Below are positions 26,458 through 36,711 of a DNA stretch of 64,000 bases, one piece after another. Position 1 is the first letter of the stretch. Each line of letters starts with the position of its first letter. The notes under the pieces were generated by a model. It was not told the DNA's origin, made no database searches, and saw only the letters and a list, made by a program, of their open reading frames with translations. Origin of the DNA: Akkermansia muciniphila (GTDB lineage Bacteria > Verrucomicrobiota > Verrucomicrobiia > Limisphaerales > BJHT01); the NCBI GenBank assembly GCA_945861535.1, contig CAMAUZ010000029.1, positions 7,935-71,934 on the forward strand, read 5' to 3'. The position numbers were made by a program, and so were the translations under genes.

Positions 26458-27221
26458 CCATGTTGCTTCCCCGGGTCATCCCTTGTTTGTTGCTGCAGGG
26501 CCGGGGTCTGGTCAAGACGGTCAAATTCGCGGACCCGGTCTATCTAGGGGATCCAATCAACATCGTCAAAATCTTCAATGACAAGGAAGTCGATGAGTTG
26601 GTGTTACTGGACATTGCGGCAACACGAAATCGGCGCGGCCCGAATTTCGAGTTGCTGGCCGAAATTGCCAGCGAGGCGTTTGTGCCGCTGGCCTACGGGG
26701 GCGGGATCACGAAGGTCGAGGAGATTCAGCGTATCCTGAACCTCGGTTACGAGAAGGTGGTGTTGAACTCCAGCGCCTTCGAGATTCCGGACCTGGTGCG
26801 GCGGGCGGCGGACCAGGTCGGCAGCCAGAGCATTGTCGTCTCGATTGATGTCCGGCGCAGTTTGCTGGGCGCGAGCAAGGTTCTTACCCACTGTGGGGAG
26901 AAACCCGTGGGCGGGGACCCGGTGGAATGGGCGCAGCGCTTTGCAGGTCTGGGCGCCGGCGAGATACTCATCACAGCGGTCGATCGTGACGGCACCTTGA
27001 AAGGCTACGATCTGGAGTTGGTGCGCAAGGTATCCCAGGCGGTCGGAGTGCCCGTCATTGCGAGCGGCGGTGCGGCGACGGTGGCCGACTTCGGTCGGGC
27101 GGTCAAACAGGCCGGAGCTTCGGCGGTCGCCGCCGGCAGTCTGTTTGTCTTTGTCGGCCCCAATCGCGCGGTGTTGATCACATTTCCAAAACGAACCGAA
27201 CTGAAAAGTGTTTTCTCATGA
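26454..27221 (+). CDS. hisF: HisF-like cyclase subunit (polysaccharide-cluster paralogue)
   Basis: 'RVIPCLLL', 'GAGEILITAVDRDGTLKGYD', 'IASGGA'. Start at GTG 26454 or ATG 26460. Confidence 0.85.
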   Translation: MTMLLPRVIPCLLLQGRGLVKTVKFADPVYLGDPINIVKIFNDKEVDELVLLDIAATRNRRGPNFELLAEIASEAFVPLAYGGGITKVEEIQRILNLGYEKVVLNSSAFEIPDLVRRAADQVGSQSIVVSIDVRRSLLGASKVLTHCGEKPVGGDPVEWAQRFAGLGAGEILITAVDRDGTLKGYDLELVRKVSQAVGVPVIASGGAATVADFGRAVKQAGASAVAAGSLFVFVGPNRAVLITFPKRTELKSVFS

Positions 27222-28393
27222 GTGAAACTTTAAGCGCTGTTACCGCAGTGGACGGCAGTCCTAATTACCGGATTTGCCCGCGGTGCATCATGGACACCAC
27301 AGACCCGGAGATTCGGTTCGACCGCGACGGGGTTTGCCACCACTGCCAGGACGCCGAGCGGTTGTTTGCCGTGAAGTGGCCGCTGTACAAAACGGGACCG
27401 TTTCAAATTGACCGGATCACCCAGGCGATCAAGGCGGCCGGCAAAGGCAAGCGCTACGATTGTGTGATCGGGGTGAGCGGCGGGGTGGACAGCACCTACT
27501 TGGCGTACGTGGCGCACCAGTACGGCCTGCGACCGGTGGCGGTCCATTTCGATAACGGCTGGAACTCTGAGCTGGCGGTCAAGAACATCGAGAATACCCT
27601 CCACACGCTCGGCATCGATCTGGACACGTTCGTGATGGACTGGGAAGAGTTCCGCGACCTCCAACTCTCCTTTCTCAAGGCTTCGGTGCCTGACTTAGAA
27701 GTGCCTACGGACCACGCGATCATGGCGGTGCTTCTCCAGACGGCCATCCGGCATGACGTCCAGTACGTTTTGCTCGGCACCAACCTGTCCACCGAATCCA
27801 TCCTCCCCCGCCGGTGGGCGTATGGCTACACCGACTGGCGCTATATAAAGGCCATCCAAGCTCGCTTCGGCACCGTGCCCGTTAAAAGGTTCCCGCACTA
27901 TTCGCTGACGCGGATGGCCTATTACACCGGAATCCGGCGACTAAAGACCGTCAGCCTGCTCAACTCCGTTGAGTATACCAAGGAGCGCGCCATGGAAGTC
28001 CTGCTCAAGGAACTGGGTTGGCGCAATTACGGCAGCAAACATCACGAATCAATCATTACCAAGTTTCTCCAGACCTACATCCTCCCGAAGAAGTTCAACA
28101 TCGACAAACGCCGCGCCCACCTGTCGTCGCTCATCATGTCCGGACAGGTCACTCGCGCCGCCGCGCTGGAAGAGATGAAACAAGCCCCTTACGACGAGAA
28201 AACCCTCAAGGAGGACAAGATCTATGTTGCCAAAAAATTCGGACTGACCGAAGGCGAGTTTGATGAGCTGATGGCCCGGCCGCCCCGGTGCTATCACGAT
28301 TATCCGAACAGCTTCCACAGACTCGAACGGCTCAAACAATTCCGCAACCTGCTCCAACGATGCCATTTCCTCCCCAAGCAGGTGGGCTGGTAA
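27218..28393 (+). CDS. N-acetyl sugar amidotransferase (WbpG/LfnA-like, PP-loop ATPase)
   Basis: N-terminal Cys cluster 'CPRC...CHHC' and the PP-loop 'GVSGGVDSTYLAY'. Sits directly after hisH/hisF paralogues, as in known acetamidino-sugar loci. Confidence 0.8.
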   Translation: MSETLSAVTAVDGSPNYRICPRCIMDTTDPEIRFDRDGVCHHCQDAERLFAVKWPLYKTGPFQIDRITQAIKAAGKGKRYDCVIGVSGGVDSTYLAYVAHQYGLRPVAVHFDNGWNSELAVKNIENTLHTLGIDLDTFVMDWEEFRDLQLSFLKASVPDLEVPTDHAIMAVLLQTAIRHDVQYVLLGTNLSTESILPRRWAYGYTDWRYIKAIQARFGTVPVKRFPHYSLTRMAYYTGIRRLKTVSLLNSVEYTKERAMEVLLKELGWRNYGSKHHESIITKFLQTYILPKKFNIDKRRAHLSSLIMSGQVTRAAALEEMKQAPYDEKTLKEDKIYVAKKFGLTEGEFDELMARPPRCYHDYPNSFHRLERLKQFRNLLQRCHFLPKQVGW

Positions 28394-28607
28394 GCGCGTG
28401 TTTGAAAACCCAAGCGACCCGTCGCGTGAGGACACGCGGCCTGCACAATTTGACCGAAAAGCCCGCCATCTGTAGGACGATTTTTCAAGCCGGCTCTGAG
28501 ATTCCTCTCATCGTGCCGGAATGACTTGCCGGCACGGCCAGAGATAACTGCGAAGCGTGCCCGGAAAAATCCCGTGAGGGTTCCCGATTGAACTCCCATC
28601 CATCCCG

Positions 28608-29918
28608 GTGATCGCCACCCTCGGAACCTTGATTGCTCGCGGACGGATTTCCGGCTTTACCCGGCATGTGGCCACCATGAGCCTCGGCAGTTTCGGGGGG
28701 CAGGGCATTGCCTATTGCTGCACCCCACTGCTTACCCGATTTTACACCCCCTTGGAGATGGGAGCGGCTGCGGTCATCGTCACCGTGGCAAACATTCTTG
28801 GCCAGGCCGCGACGGGAAAGTACGACATGGCCATCTGTCTGCCGGAGCGGGACGACGAAGCATGGTCCGTGTTTGTCATTTCGCTGCTGGCCTCGTTCAC
28901 GAGTCTGATCTTGCTGCTGATGGTGTGGCTTACCAGCGCCGCGCAGATTGCGGATCTTTTCGGCATCCATCACGCAGCGCCATGGCTGGGGTTCGTGCCG
29001 TTGATTGTGTTTCTGATGGGTTGCCAACAAAGCGTACAGATGCTCCTAAGTCGCCGCCAAGCCTGGGGACGGGTTTCTGCCAGCCTCGGTTTCCAAGCTG
29101 TGGGCACGGCTGGAGGGCGGCTCGGGTTTGGGGTCGTGGGTTGGGGCACGACCGGCATGTTGCTCGGCACGCTTTGCGGCCTGTTGGTCGCCAACGCGAC
29201 GATGGTTGGATGTGCATTGCGGAATGATTGGCGTGCCGCGTGGGCATCCCTCCATGACTGGAAAAGAATGCGCGGTCTGGCCGCCAGATATGCCGAGTTT
29301 CCACGCTGGTTTTGCCTTACCTCGATAGTCAACGGGCTTGGCTCGGCCATTCCGCTCTTTGTGATTAACAAGGTTTACGGTGGGGAGGAGGCGGGGCGGT
29401 TCAATCTGGCCTATCTCGTGGTGGGAGTGCCGGCCTCGGTGGTCGCCTCGGCGGTCGCCCAAGTTTTCCAGCAGCGCATCGCCGATCAATGGCGCGCCAA
29501 TTTGCCGGTCAAACCTTTGGTCTGGGCACTGGCAACCCGGCTGGCGTGTCTGGCCCTGCCGGCGTTGGTAGTGTTGCTCGCCTTCGGTCCCGAATTATTC
29601 CGGGTCGCGTTCGGGGAAAAGTGGGAACTGGCGGGACACTATGCGCGAGTGACCGGGGTTGCATATGCGGTGCAGTTCGTTATCTCGCCATTGAGCATGG
29701 TGTTTCATGTGGTGGGGGCGGTGAAACTGAGCAGCCTTTGGAAGGTGGCTTTCTTCTGCACGAGTCTTGCCACCGCGCTGGCGGCATCCCGGCTCCCAAT
29801 TAATTCGTTCTTGCTGGCTTATGCGATCCACGATGTGGTGCTATATTCAGCCTATGGCTGGCTGGCCGTCTCCTGTGTGGTGCGGACCCGCGGTCGAAGT
29901 CTGGATCGAAAAAAATAG
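28608..29918 (+). CDS. wzx: Polysaccharide flippase (Wzx/MOP family)
   Basis: About 12 predicted TM segments; the N-terminal 'PLLTRFYTPLEMG' is typical of Wzx. Start uncertain (GTG 28608 or ATG 28677). Confidence 0.7.
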   Translation: MIATLGTLIARGRISGFTRHVATMSLGSFGGQGIAYCCTPLLTRFYTPLEMGAAAVIVTVANILGQAATGKYDMAICLPERDDEAWSVFVISLLASFTSLILLLMVWLTSAAQIADLFGIHHAAPWLGFVPLIVFLMGCQQSVQMLLSRRQAWGRVSASLGFQAVGTAGGRLGFGVVGWGTTGMLLGTLCGLLVANATMVGCALRNDWRAAWASLHDWKRMRGLAARYAEFPRWFCLTSIVNGLGSAIPLFVINKVYGGEEAGRFNLAYLVVGVPASVVASAVAQVFQQRIADQWRANLPVKPLVWALATRLACLALPALVVLLAFGPELFRVAFGEKWELAGHYARVTGVAYAVQFVISPLSMVFHVVGAVKLSSLWKVAFFCTSLATALAASRLPINSFLLAYAIHDVVLYSAYGWLAVSCVVRTRGRSLDRKK

Positions 29919-29951
29919 TTGCCGGCGGGCGAAGCTTGAGGACAAATTAGC

Positions 29952-31358
29952 GTGTCGCTGTTCATAGGAATTCTTGATTATCTCGGATTGGCTGGCGTCT
30001 TGATTCTGGCTTGGATGGTGCTTCGAGCCTTTCATGGCGCGAGTCTGCTGGCCGTGTATGTCATATGCGCCGGACTCCAGACGGGCTTGGCTGTCTTCAG
30101 CGCCGTGGAAGCGGCGGGGCAAGATGTCTCGGTGGACATCTCCAGTACGGCAGCGGACCGGTTTGGCATTGCGCTTCTGATTTTCTACGCCATTACCGGT
30201 TTATTCCTTTATCTCCTTTTGCGATTGCGAAAGCAGAAGGCGTCAACTATTGAGTCCAAGATTGTCCATTTGCCGGAAACTTGGAAAATCGCCGCGGTCG
30301 CGATGCTGGTGCTGTTTCTCGGGGTCCGGATGCTATCACCAACCAGTGCCCGCGTGATTGAGCAGGGGGGGGGGGCAATTGCGTCCGGGCAGTACTACGA
30401 GTTGCGCGGCGAGATTATCGACTTGGATTTGGCAGAAATCAATTCGCGGACTATGTTTTATTTGGAAACCACACTGCGACGCGTGCTGTTCGTCATTCTA
30501 ATCGTGAGTGCCTTCGAGTTACTTACCGTGCCGAGTACCCGGGCCTTGGTTTTTATGGCCATCCTGTTCGTGGGGTTGACGCTGGCAGAGATGAGTCGTT
30601 TCCAGAAAGGACCGGTGGCTTGGGTTGTCGCGGCCGCGGTGGTGCCGTTCATCCTTGGCCGCTCCAGACTTGGAACGGGCAGTCCCTACTCCACAATCGC
30701 TAAAATCGGCACCTCCGCAGGTGTGTTAATCCTCATCAGCGGCGCGCTGTACTCACTCACTGAAGATTTATCGTTTGGGGAGGGCTTTGGACGGGTGATT
30801 AACCGGTTCTTTGTGGTGCCCGCCTATACCAGCATGATGTACTTCGAGGTGTATCCCTTCAGGCTGCCGCATGTGGAGTGGGCAGATTTGCGTCCTGTGC
30901 GGGAACTGTTCGGAACGACATCACTGCAACCGGCCAACGGTCTGATTGCAATCGATGTCGCCGAATCCCTCACCGGCATTAGGTGGTCTTCCAATGCCGG
31001 GATCGTCGCTGAGTCGTGGGCTGCCGCAGGTTACCTCGGAGTGGTTCTCGGGACCTTGGCCTTGTGTGCCTTTGGATTTGTAGTGGACCGCAATACCTCT
31101 CAACGGCTCGGGAAAATCAACATGACCCCGTTAGCGATCTATTATTGGCTCGGACTACTGGTGTATGGTAATTCGGCCTTGCTCTATGCGCTTGCCGAGC
31201 ACGGGCTTTGGTTTGTGCCATTCCTCTACTGCTTCGCCATAGACCGGGCGACGCGAATGTTACGGCGTCGGCGCCAGGCACTTGCTACCCAGCGGGCGAA
31301 CCGGACTTCCGCCGGTTCGATTTATCTCCCGGGCGCTCCGCCTGTGAAACCTGTCTAG
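29952..31358 (+). CDS. Polytopic membrane protein, candidate O-antigen polymerase (Wzy-like)
   Basis: Many hydrophobic segments, the most A/T-rich gene of the cluster, positioned next to wzx. No diagnostic motif; the call rests on context. Confidence 0.5.
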   Translation: MSLFIGILDYLGLAGVLILAWMVLRAFHGASLLAVYVICAGLQTGLAVFSAVEAAGQDVSVDISSTAADRFGIALLIFYAITGLFLYLLLRLRKQKASTIESKIVHLPETWKIAAVAMLVLFLGVRMLSPTSARVIEQGGGAIASGQYYELRGEIIDLDLAEINSRTMFYLETTLRRVLFVILIVSAFELLTVPSTRALVFMAILFVGLTLAEMSRFQKGPVAWVVAAAVVPFILGRSRLGTGSPYSTIAKIGTSAGVLILISGALYSLTEDLSFGEGFGRVINRFFVVPAYTSMMYFEVYPFRLPHVEWADLRPVRELFGTTSLQPANGLIAIDVAESLTGIRWSSNAGIVAESWAAAGYLGVVLGTLALCAFGFVVDRNTSQRLGKINMTPLAIYYWLGLLVYGNSALLYALAEHGLWFVPFLYCFAIDRATRMLRRRRQALATQRANRTSAGSIYLPGAPPVKPV

Positions 31359-31420
31359 CCGTTCCTGCGGTGCATACACCGGCGCCTGCTCGTGGATGAC
31401 GCCCCCACCATTATTATCTT

Positions 31421-32482
31421 ATGATACGATTCGGACTTCTGGGCTGCGGCAAGATTGCCGAACGGCACGCCAAATTGCTCGCGGGCAATCACATTCAAGG
31501 CGCCAAACTGCAGGCGGTGTGCGATCCGAATCGTGAACGCGCACAGCAATTTGCCACCGCCTATGGAGCCCGCGCCTGCGGAACCATCACGGAGCTGATG
31601 TCTCCGGGCGATGTGGATGCTGTCGCGGTCCTCACGCCCAGCGGCTTGCACGCGGAAAACATCCTCCAGCTTTCCGCCTATCGCTGCCCCATCGTGGTGG
31701 AAAAACCGATGGCGCTCACGCTCGATGATGCCGACCGGATCATCGAAGTGTGCGATCGCCACCGGATCAAGCTGTTTGTGGTGAAGCAGAATCGTTTCAA
31801 TGTGCCGGTACAACGGCTGCGGCAGGCACTGGACGGAGGACGTCTTGGCAAGCTCGTGCTCGGCACCGTGCGCGTGCGCTGGTGTCGGCGACAGGATTAT
31901 TACGATCAGGCGAGCTGGCGCGGCACTTGGGCATTCGATGGCGGTGTGCTCGCCAACCAGGCCAGCCATCATGTTGACTTGCTCGAATGGATGATGGGGC
32001 CGGTCGATTCGGTATTTGGCATTGCGACCACAGCCTTGGCTCGAATCGAGGCCGAGGATACCGCGGCTGTCACCCTGCGTTTCCGGAACGGCGCGATCGG
32101 CATCATTGAGGCCACGACGGCTGCGCGCCCCAAGGACATCGAAGGCTCGCTGTCTGTGCTCGGCGAAAGCGGGGCCGTGGAAATTGGCGGTTTCGCGGTG
32201 GACAAATTGAAGGTGTGGCAGTTCGCGCCCGAAAGCATGTCGGATCGCGACGCCTTCACCGAGGCCGGCTCAAATCCACCGCATCCGGTGGGATATGCCC
32301 ATGCTCGATACTACGAGCATGTCATCGATTGCATCGAGAACAACCGACAGCAGTTGGTCGATGGTCTGGCCGGCCGCCGCAGCCTTGAACTCATCAGCGC
32401 GATCTATGAGTCTGTCGAGACCGCTCGCGAGGTGTCGCTACGGTTCAAACCGCATCAGTGCAAGCTCGGAATCACCAAGTGA
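31421..32482 (+). CDS. Gfo/Idh/MocA oxidoreductase (WbpB-like)
   Basis: Rossmann motif 'FGLLGCGKIAERH'. Adjacent to the acetyltransferase and aminotransferase genes. Confidence 0.8.
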   Translation: MIRFGLLGCGKIAERHAKLLAGNHIQGAKLQAVCDPNRERAQQFATAYGARACGTITELMSPGDVDAVAVLTPSGLHAENILQLSAYRCPIVVEKPMALTLDDADRIIEVCDRHRIKLFVVKQNRFNVPVQRLRQALDGGRLGKLVLGTVRVRWCRRQDYYDQASWRGTWAFDGGVLANQASHHVDLLEWMMGPVDSVFGIATTALARIEAEDTAAVTLRFRNGAIGIIEATTAARPKDIEGSLSVLGESGAVEIGGFAVDKLKVWQFAPESMSDRDAFTEAGSNPPHPVGYAHARYYEHVIDCIENNRQQLVDGLAGRRSLELISAIYESVETAREVSLRFKPHQCKLGITK

Positions 32483-32512
32483 GAGGAATTGCACCCTTGG
32501 CATTGTAAGACT

Positions 32513-32977
32513 ATGGAAGCGTTCAAAGTGCGCAAAGTCGGAATCGTTGGGGTGACGTTTGGCGAGGGTGTCACGATAGTCGAACCGGTCAATCTCTACG
32601 GCTGCGTGATTGGCAGCGGGACGTTTATCGGACCGTTTGTCGAAATCCAGCGCGACGTCCGGATCGGCAGCCGCTGCAAGGTACAGTCCCATGCGTTTAT
32701 CTGCGACCTCGTGACGATTGGTGACGACTGTTTCATCGGGCATGGAGTAATGTTCGTCAACGATACCTTTGCCCGTGGCGGCCCTGCCCGCGGCGACCGC
32801 AGCCTTTGGAAATCCACCAGCATTGGCAACCATGTGAGCATCGGCTCCAATGCCACCATCCTGCCGGTGAGCATTTGCGATCATGTCGTGATCGGAGCCG
32901 GAGCGGTAGTAACCAAAGCCATCACTGTTTCGGGTGTCTATGCCGGCAACCCGGCACGTAAGTTGCGTCCCCTATAA
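32513..32977 (+). CDS. Left-handed beta-helix (hexapeptide) N-acetyltransferase (WbpD-like)
   Basis: Hexapeptide repeats, e.g. 'IGSNATILPVSICDHVVIGAGAVV'. ATG at 32513. Confidence 0.8.
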   Translation: MEAFKVRKVGIVGVTFGEGVTIVEPVNLYGCVIGSGTFIGPFVEIQRDVRIGSRCKVQSHAFICDLVTIGDDCFIGHGVMFVNDTFARGGPARGDRSLWKSTSIGNHVSIGSNATILPVSICDHVVIGAGAVVTKAITVSGVYAGNPARKLRPL

Positions 32978-32987
32978 TAATTACCTT

Positions 32988-34088
32988 ATGAATGTTCCCT
33001 TTGTTGATCTCCATGCGCAGTATCTGACCATCAAGCCTCAAATCGATGCGGCCATCGGCGAAGTCATCAGCGAATCCGCCTACATCCGCGGCTCCCATGT
33101 TGAGGCGTTCGAGGCGGGTTGGTCGCGGGTGACCGGGATGAAGCACTGTGTCTCATGTGCCAACGGCACCGACGCGCTTTACATCGCCATGCGGGGGTTG
33201 GGCCTGAAGCCGGGCGACGAGGTCATAACCACCGCCCACTCGTGGATCTCGACGACGGAGACCATCACCCAGGCCGGCGGGCGCGTCGTGTTCTGTGACA
33301 CGGATTATCAGTCCTTCACCATCGATCCGGCCCAGATTGAGGCGAAGATCACGCCGCGAACCGTTGGCATCATTCCCGTTCATCTTTACGGACAGTCGGC
33401 GGACATGGACGCCATTATGGAGATGGCCCGTCGACATCGCCTGTGGGTGGTTGAGGACTGCGCCCAAGCGCATCTGGCGACCTTCAAAGGCCGGCAGGTC
33501 GGCACCTTTGGCAACGCGGCAACCTTTTCGTTTTATCCGGGCAAGAATCTTGGAGCTTACGGTGATGCCGGCGCAATTGTCACCAACGATGCTCGTTTGG
33601 CCGAATGGATGGCCACCTACGCGCGACACGGGGGAAAGGGTGAGCATCTAATGGAAGGCATCAACAGCCGGCTCGATGGACTCCAGGCCGCGATTTTGAA
33701 TGTCAAGCTGCCGCATTTGGCCCGCTGGACCGAACTGCGTCAGGCGGTGGCCCGTCAATACGATGGGTTGCTCGGGAATATCGACGTGCTTGTTACTCCG
33801 CAGGTTGTCCCCGGCCGCGATCACGTCTATCACCTGTATGTGATCCGAACGGACAAGCGCGACGCCCTCAAGAAACACCTCGCTGACCAAGGGATCAGTT
33901 CGGTCCTGAATTATCCCAAGGCACTGCCCTTCTACCCCGCGTACGCCTATTTGGGACACAAGCCCGAGGATTTTCCGATCGCGTATGCCAACCAGTCCCG
34001 CATTTTGTCGTTGCCGATTTACCCCGAAATGACCGCCGATATGATCTACCATGTCGCAGCGACCATCCGACAGTTTCTCGGAAAGTAG
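32988..34088 (+). CDS. DegT/DnrJ/EryC1/StrS aminotransferase (WbpE-like)
   Basis: 'MNVPFVDL', and 'SFYPGKNLGAYGDAGAIVTND' carrying the PLP lysine. Confidence 0.85.
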   Translation: MNVPFVDLHAQYLTIKPQIDAAIGEVISESAYIRGSHVEAFEAGWSRVTGMKHCVSCANGTDALYIAMRGLGLKPGDEVITTAHSWISTTETITQAGGRVVFCDTDYQSFTIDPAQIEAKITPRTVGIIPVHLYGQSADMDAIMEMARRHRLWVVEDCAQAHLATFKGRQVGTFGNAATFSFYPGKNLGAYGDAGAIVTNDARLAEWMATYARHGGKGEHLMEGINSRLDGLQAAILNVKLPHLARWTELRQAVARQYDGLLGNIDVLVTPQVVPGRDHVYHLYVIRTDKRDALKKHLADQGISSVLNYPKALPFYPAYAYLGHKPEDFPIAYANQSRILSLPIYPEMTADMIYHVAATIRQFLGK

Positions 34089-34202
34089 ATGGCGGGGAAC
34101 GAGGTTGCGCCACCTCAGTGACGCCGGAAATGGAGACACCAATGCATGGTGGTTCTCATGGTTTCCCGTTGTGGCTCTTACTAACGCCTGTCGGCCCGTA
34201 GA

Positions 34203-35447
34203 ATGTGTATGAGAGTGCTCTATGTGCAAATGGTCAGCAGTCCGCACAGCCCCGTTGACGGATCGACGATGAGCATGATGCACCTCATCAAGTCGTTCCC
34301 TCCGGGCGAAGTCCAGGCCCGGGTGCTCTGTCCACCAGGCAAGGTCGCAGAGTTTCTTCAGAAGAACGGTGTTGATTGGAGCGCGATTCCATCCGTGTCC
34401 CTGTTGCAGAGCACGGCAGGCATTCCAATTCGGGGAGCACGGCGACTAGATGTACTTCGGGCGTTGTGGGATACCCGGCATGGCGGAGTCATTCGCCGGA
34501 TTGTCAGCGAATGGAGGCCCGACCTAGTTCATTTGAACGAACGTGGGATGCTGCATGCAGCCCGCGCGGTTGACCAAATCGGGGTTCCGGTGGTCATGCA
34601 TGCGCGACAAGTCGCTGACCCAACCAACTCAGTGGTTCATTCGCGGTCAATCCAGTGGATTAACCGACATGTCGCCCGGACCATTGCGATCGATGAAAGC
34701 GTCCGCAGCTCGCTGCGAGGCATTCAGCGCTGCGAGGTTGTTTACAATCCCCTGCCGGAATCGCTGTTGTCATCGCCTGGGCCGGAACGCCCCGGGGCGC
34801 TCCGAAATGGGACGGGGGATGAAATGAACGTCACCTACTTGGCGACGCTCAGTACGGTCAAGGGCGTTTGGGACTTGTTGGAGGCCGCCGACCGGCTTCG
34901 TAACCATCGTGGGATTCGGTTCTCGTTGGTTGGCGGCAATAGCCGTTCAGCTGCGTTTCATAAGTCGCTTATCGGGCGCGTGGCACGTGTCCTCGGACTG
35001 GCCTCTGACACGGAACGGAAGTTAAGCGAGGCGATTGGCATTCGCCGCTTGGAAAATATCCGCCTGCTTGGGCGGGTAAGCGATATCCAGACGGTCCTGG
35101 CCGGAACGGATCTTCTGGTTTTCCCGAGTCACTTGAACGGTCCCGGGCGGGCTGTCTTCGAGGCCGGAGTGATGGGAATCCCCTCAATAGTTGCGATGAA
35201 GGACAAAGTCGAGGACGTGGTTCAGCACGGGGTGACCGGTTTGATAGTCCCCGAACGCAATCCAGTCGAACTCGCAGCCGCAATCCAAAGATTGGCTGAC
35301 GATCCCAGCCTAAGAGTCCGAATGGGCGCTGCTGCTCGGGAGCGATATGTCCGGCAGTTCGATCCCCGCTGTGCAGCCGAGGCGGTGCTGGGCATTTACC
35401 GGCAGATAGTCACCGCCCGGTCCCAGCGCGCGGTTGACCAGCAGTGA
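34203..35447 (+). CDS. Glycosyltransferase family 4
   Basis: 'MRVLYV'-type N-terminus and a C-terminal GT-B region, 'LVFPSHLNGPGRAVFEAGVMGIPSIV'. Confidence 0.8.
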   Translation: MCMRVLYVQMVSSPHSPVDGSTMSMMHLIKSFPPGEVQARVLCPPGKVAEFLQKNGVDWSAIPSVSLLQSTAGIPIRGARRLDVLRALWDTRHGGVIRRIVSEWRPDLVHLNERGMLHAARAVDQIGVPVVMHARQVADPTNSVVHSRSIQWINRHVARTIAIDESVRSSLRGIQRCEVVYNPLPESLLSSPGPERPGALRNGTGDEMNVTYLATLSTVKGVWDLLEAADRLRNHRGIRFSLVGGNSRSAAFHKSLIGRVARVLGLASDTERKLSEAIGIRRLENIRLLGRVSDIQTVLAGTDLLVFPSHLNGPGRAVFEAGVMGIPSIVAMKDKVEDVVQHGVTGLIVPERNPVELAAAIQRLADDPSLRVRMGAAARERYVRQFDPRCAAEAVLGIYRQIVTARSQRAVDQQ

Positions 35448-35501
35448 ATCGCTGGCCTGCTCGAACTCTTGCCCCGGTCCGGTCTAAATGAATTCAAGGC
35501 C

Positions 35502-36533
35502 ATGAGACTACTTATCACGGGCAGTTCCGGCTTCATTGGCAGTCATCTGGTGGTGGCGGCATTGAAAAGAAGCGCCCTGGTGGCGGGGGTTGACACTGCG
35601 CCAACCGCACTAAGGCATGAGTCGTTCACTTATCTCTCTTGCGATATTTTGGAGGCCGAAAAATTGCGGGCTATCTTCTCCCAGTTTCAGCCAGACCATG
35701 TCGTACATCTGGCTGCCACACATGATATTTCAACACCTGTCAATGAGAACCTTGGACTGGCGGGCTACCGGGTTAACACAGATGGGACCGCTAACTTGAT
35801 TGCAGCCATCAGGGACTATGGAAGAGTGCGGCGTGCGGTCTTTACTTCAACCCAGCTGGTTTCGCGAATTGGGCATGTCCCCGCAAATGACCAGGATTAT
35901 CATCCCTCCACCTACTATGGCCGCAGCAAGTTGATCGCTGAGAGATTGATTCGTGAGCAGCAGGGCGGTGGGACGGAGTGGGTGATTGTTCGGCCCACGA
36001 CTGTGTGGGGACCGGGCATGATGAAGCACTATCAGCGGTTCCTTGAGCTAATCAAGCAGGGCAGATACATCCACACCGGACGCAGGCAACTGTTCAAGAC
36101 CTACGGGTATGTGGGCAACATCGCCACCCAATACTGCGAACTCCTAACGGCGCCGGCCAAGCAGGTTCACGAGAAAGTTTTTTATCTTGCTGATTATGAT
36201 CCGTTATCACTCCGTGCCTACGCAGATGCCCTGGCCCATGAAATGGACGCGCCGCCTATCAGGACGATTCCGGAGCCGCTGATGTGGGCGGCGGCCAAAG
36301 CCGGGGATGTGCTGAATTACTGCGGTTGGAGTCGCTTCCCGCTGAACTCGTTTCGGTTGACCAATATCTTAACCGAGTATCAGGTGGACATGGTCAAGAC
36401 GCAGGAGGTTTGCGGGCGTTTGCCTTATACCTTCGAGGAAGGGATTAGGGAGACAGTTGCGTGGTTCCTGACTGTTCGGCCGGGCGGGGATATGAGTCAA
36501 CGAGGGGGGCTGGCTTCCTCGTCAGAGCGCTAG
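35502..36533 (+). CDS. NAD-dependent epimerase/dehydratase (SDR)
   Basis: 'MRLLITGSSGFIGSHL' and the catalytic 'YGRSK'. Confidence 0.8.
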   Translation: MRLLITGSSGFIGSHLVVAALKRSALVAGVDTAPTALRHESFTYLSCDILEAEKLRAIFSQFQPDHVVHLAATHDISTPVNENLGLAGYRVNTDGTANLIAAIRDYGRVRRAVFTSTQLVSRIGHVPANDQDYHPSTYYGRSKLIAERLIREQQGGGTEWVIVRPTTVWGPGMMKHYQRFLELIKQGRYIHTGRRQLFKTYGYVGNIATQYCELLTAPAKQVHEKVFYLADYDPLSLRAYADALAHEMDAPPIRTIPEPLMWAAAKAGDVLNYCGWSRFPLNSFRLTNILTEYQVDMVKTQEVCGRLPYTFEEGIRETVAWFLTVRPGGDMSQRGGLASSSER

Positions 36534-36711
36534 GTCAGGTTGAAGTCGCGGGGGTAGCCAAGCGCATGACTAGTATTTCAACATTGGTGGGAACACCTGG
36601 TCGCGCTACATGGGGGAAATGTCTTCACCGGCATAAATTTCGACCTGCCTGGGGAGCGGTTCTTGCCTCGTTTGAGGGGTGGGCCGGGCATGAATCTTGG
36701 CGGACTCTCGC

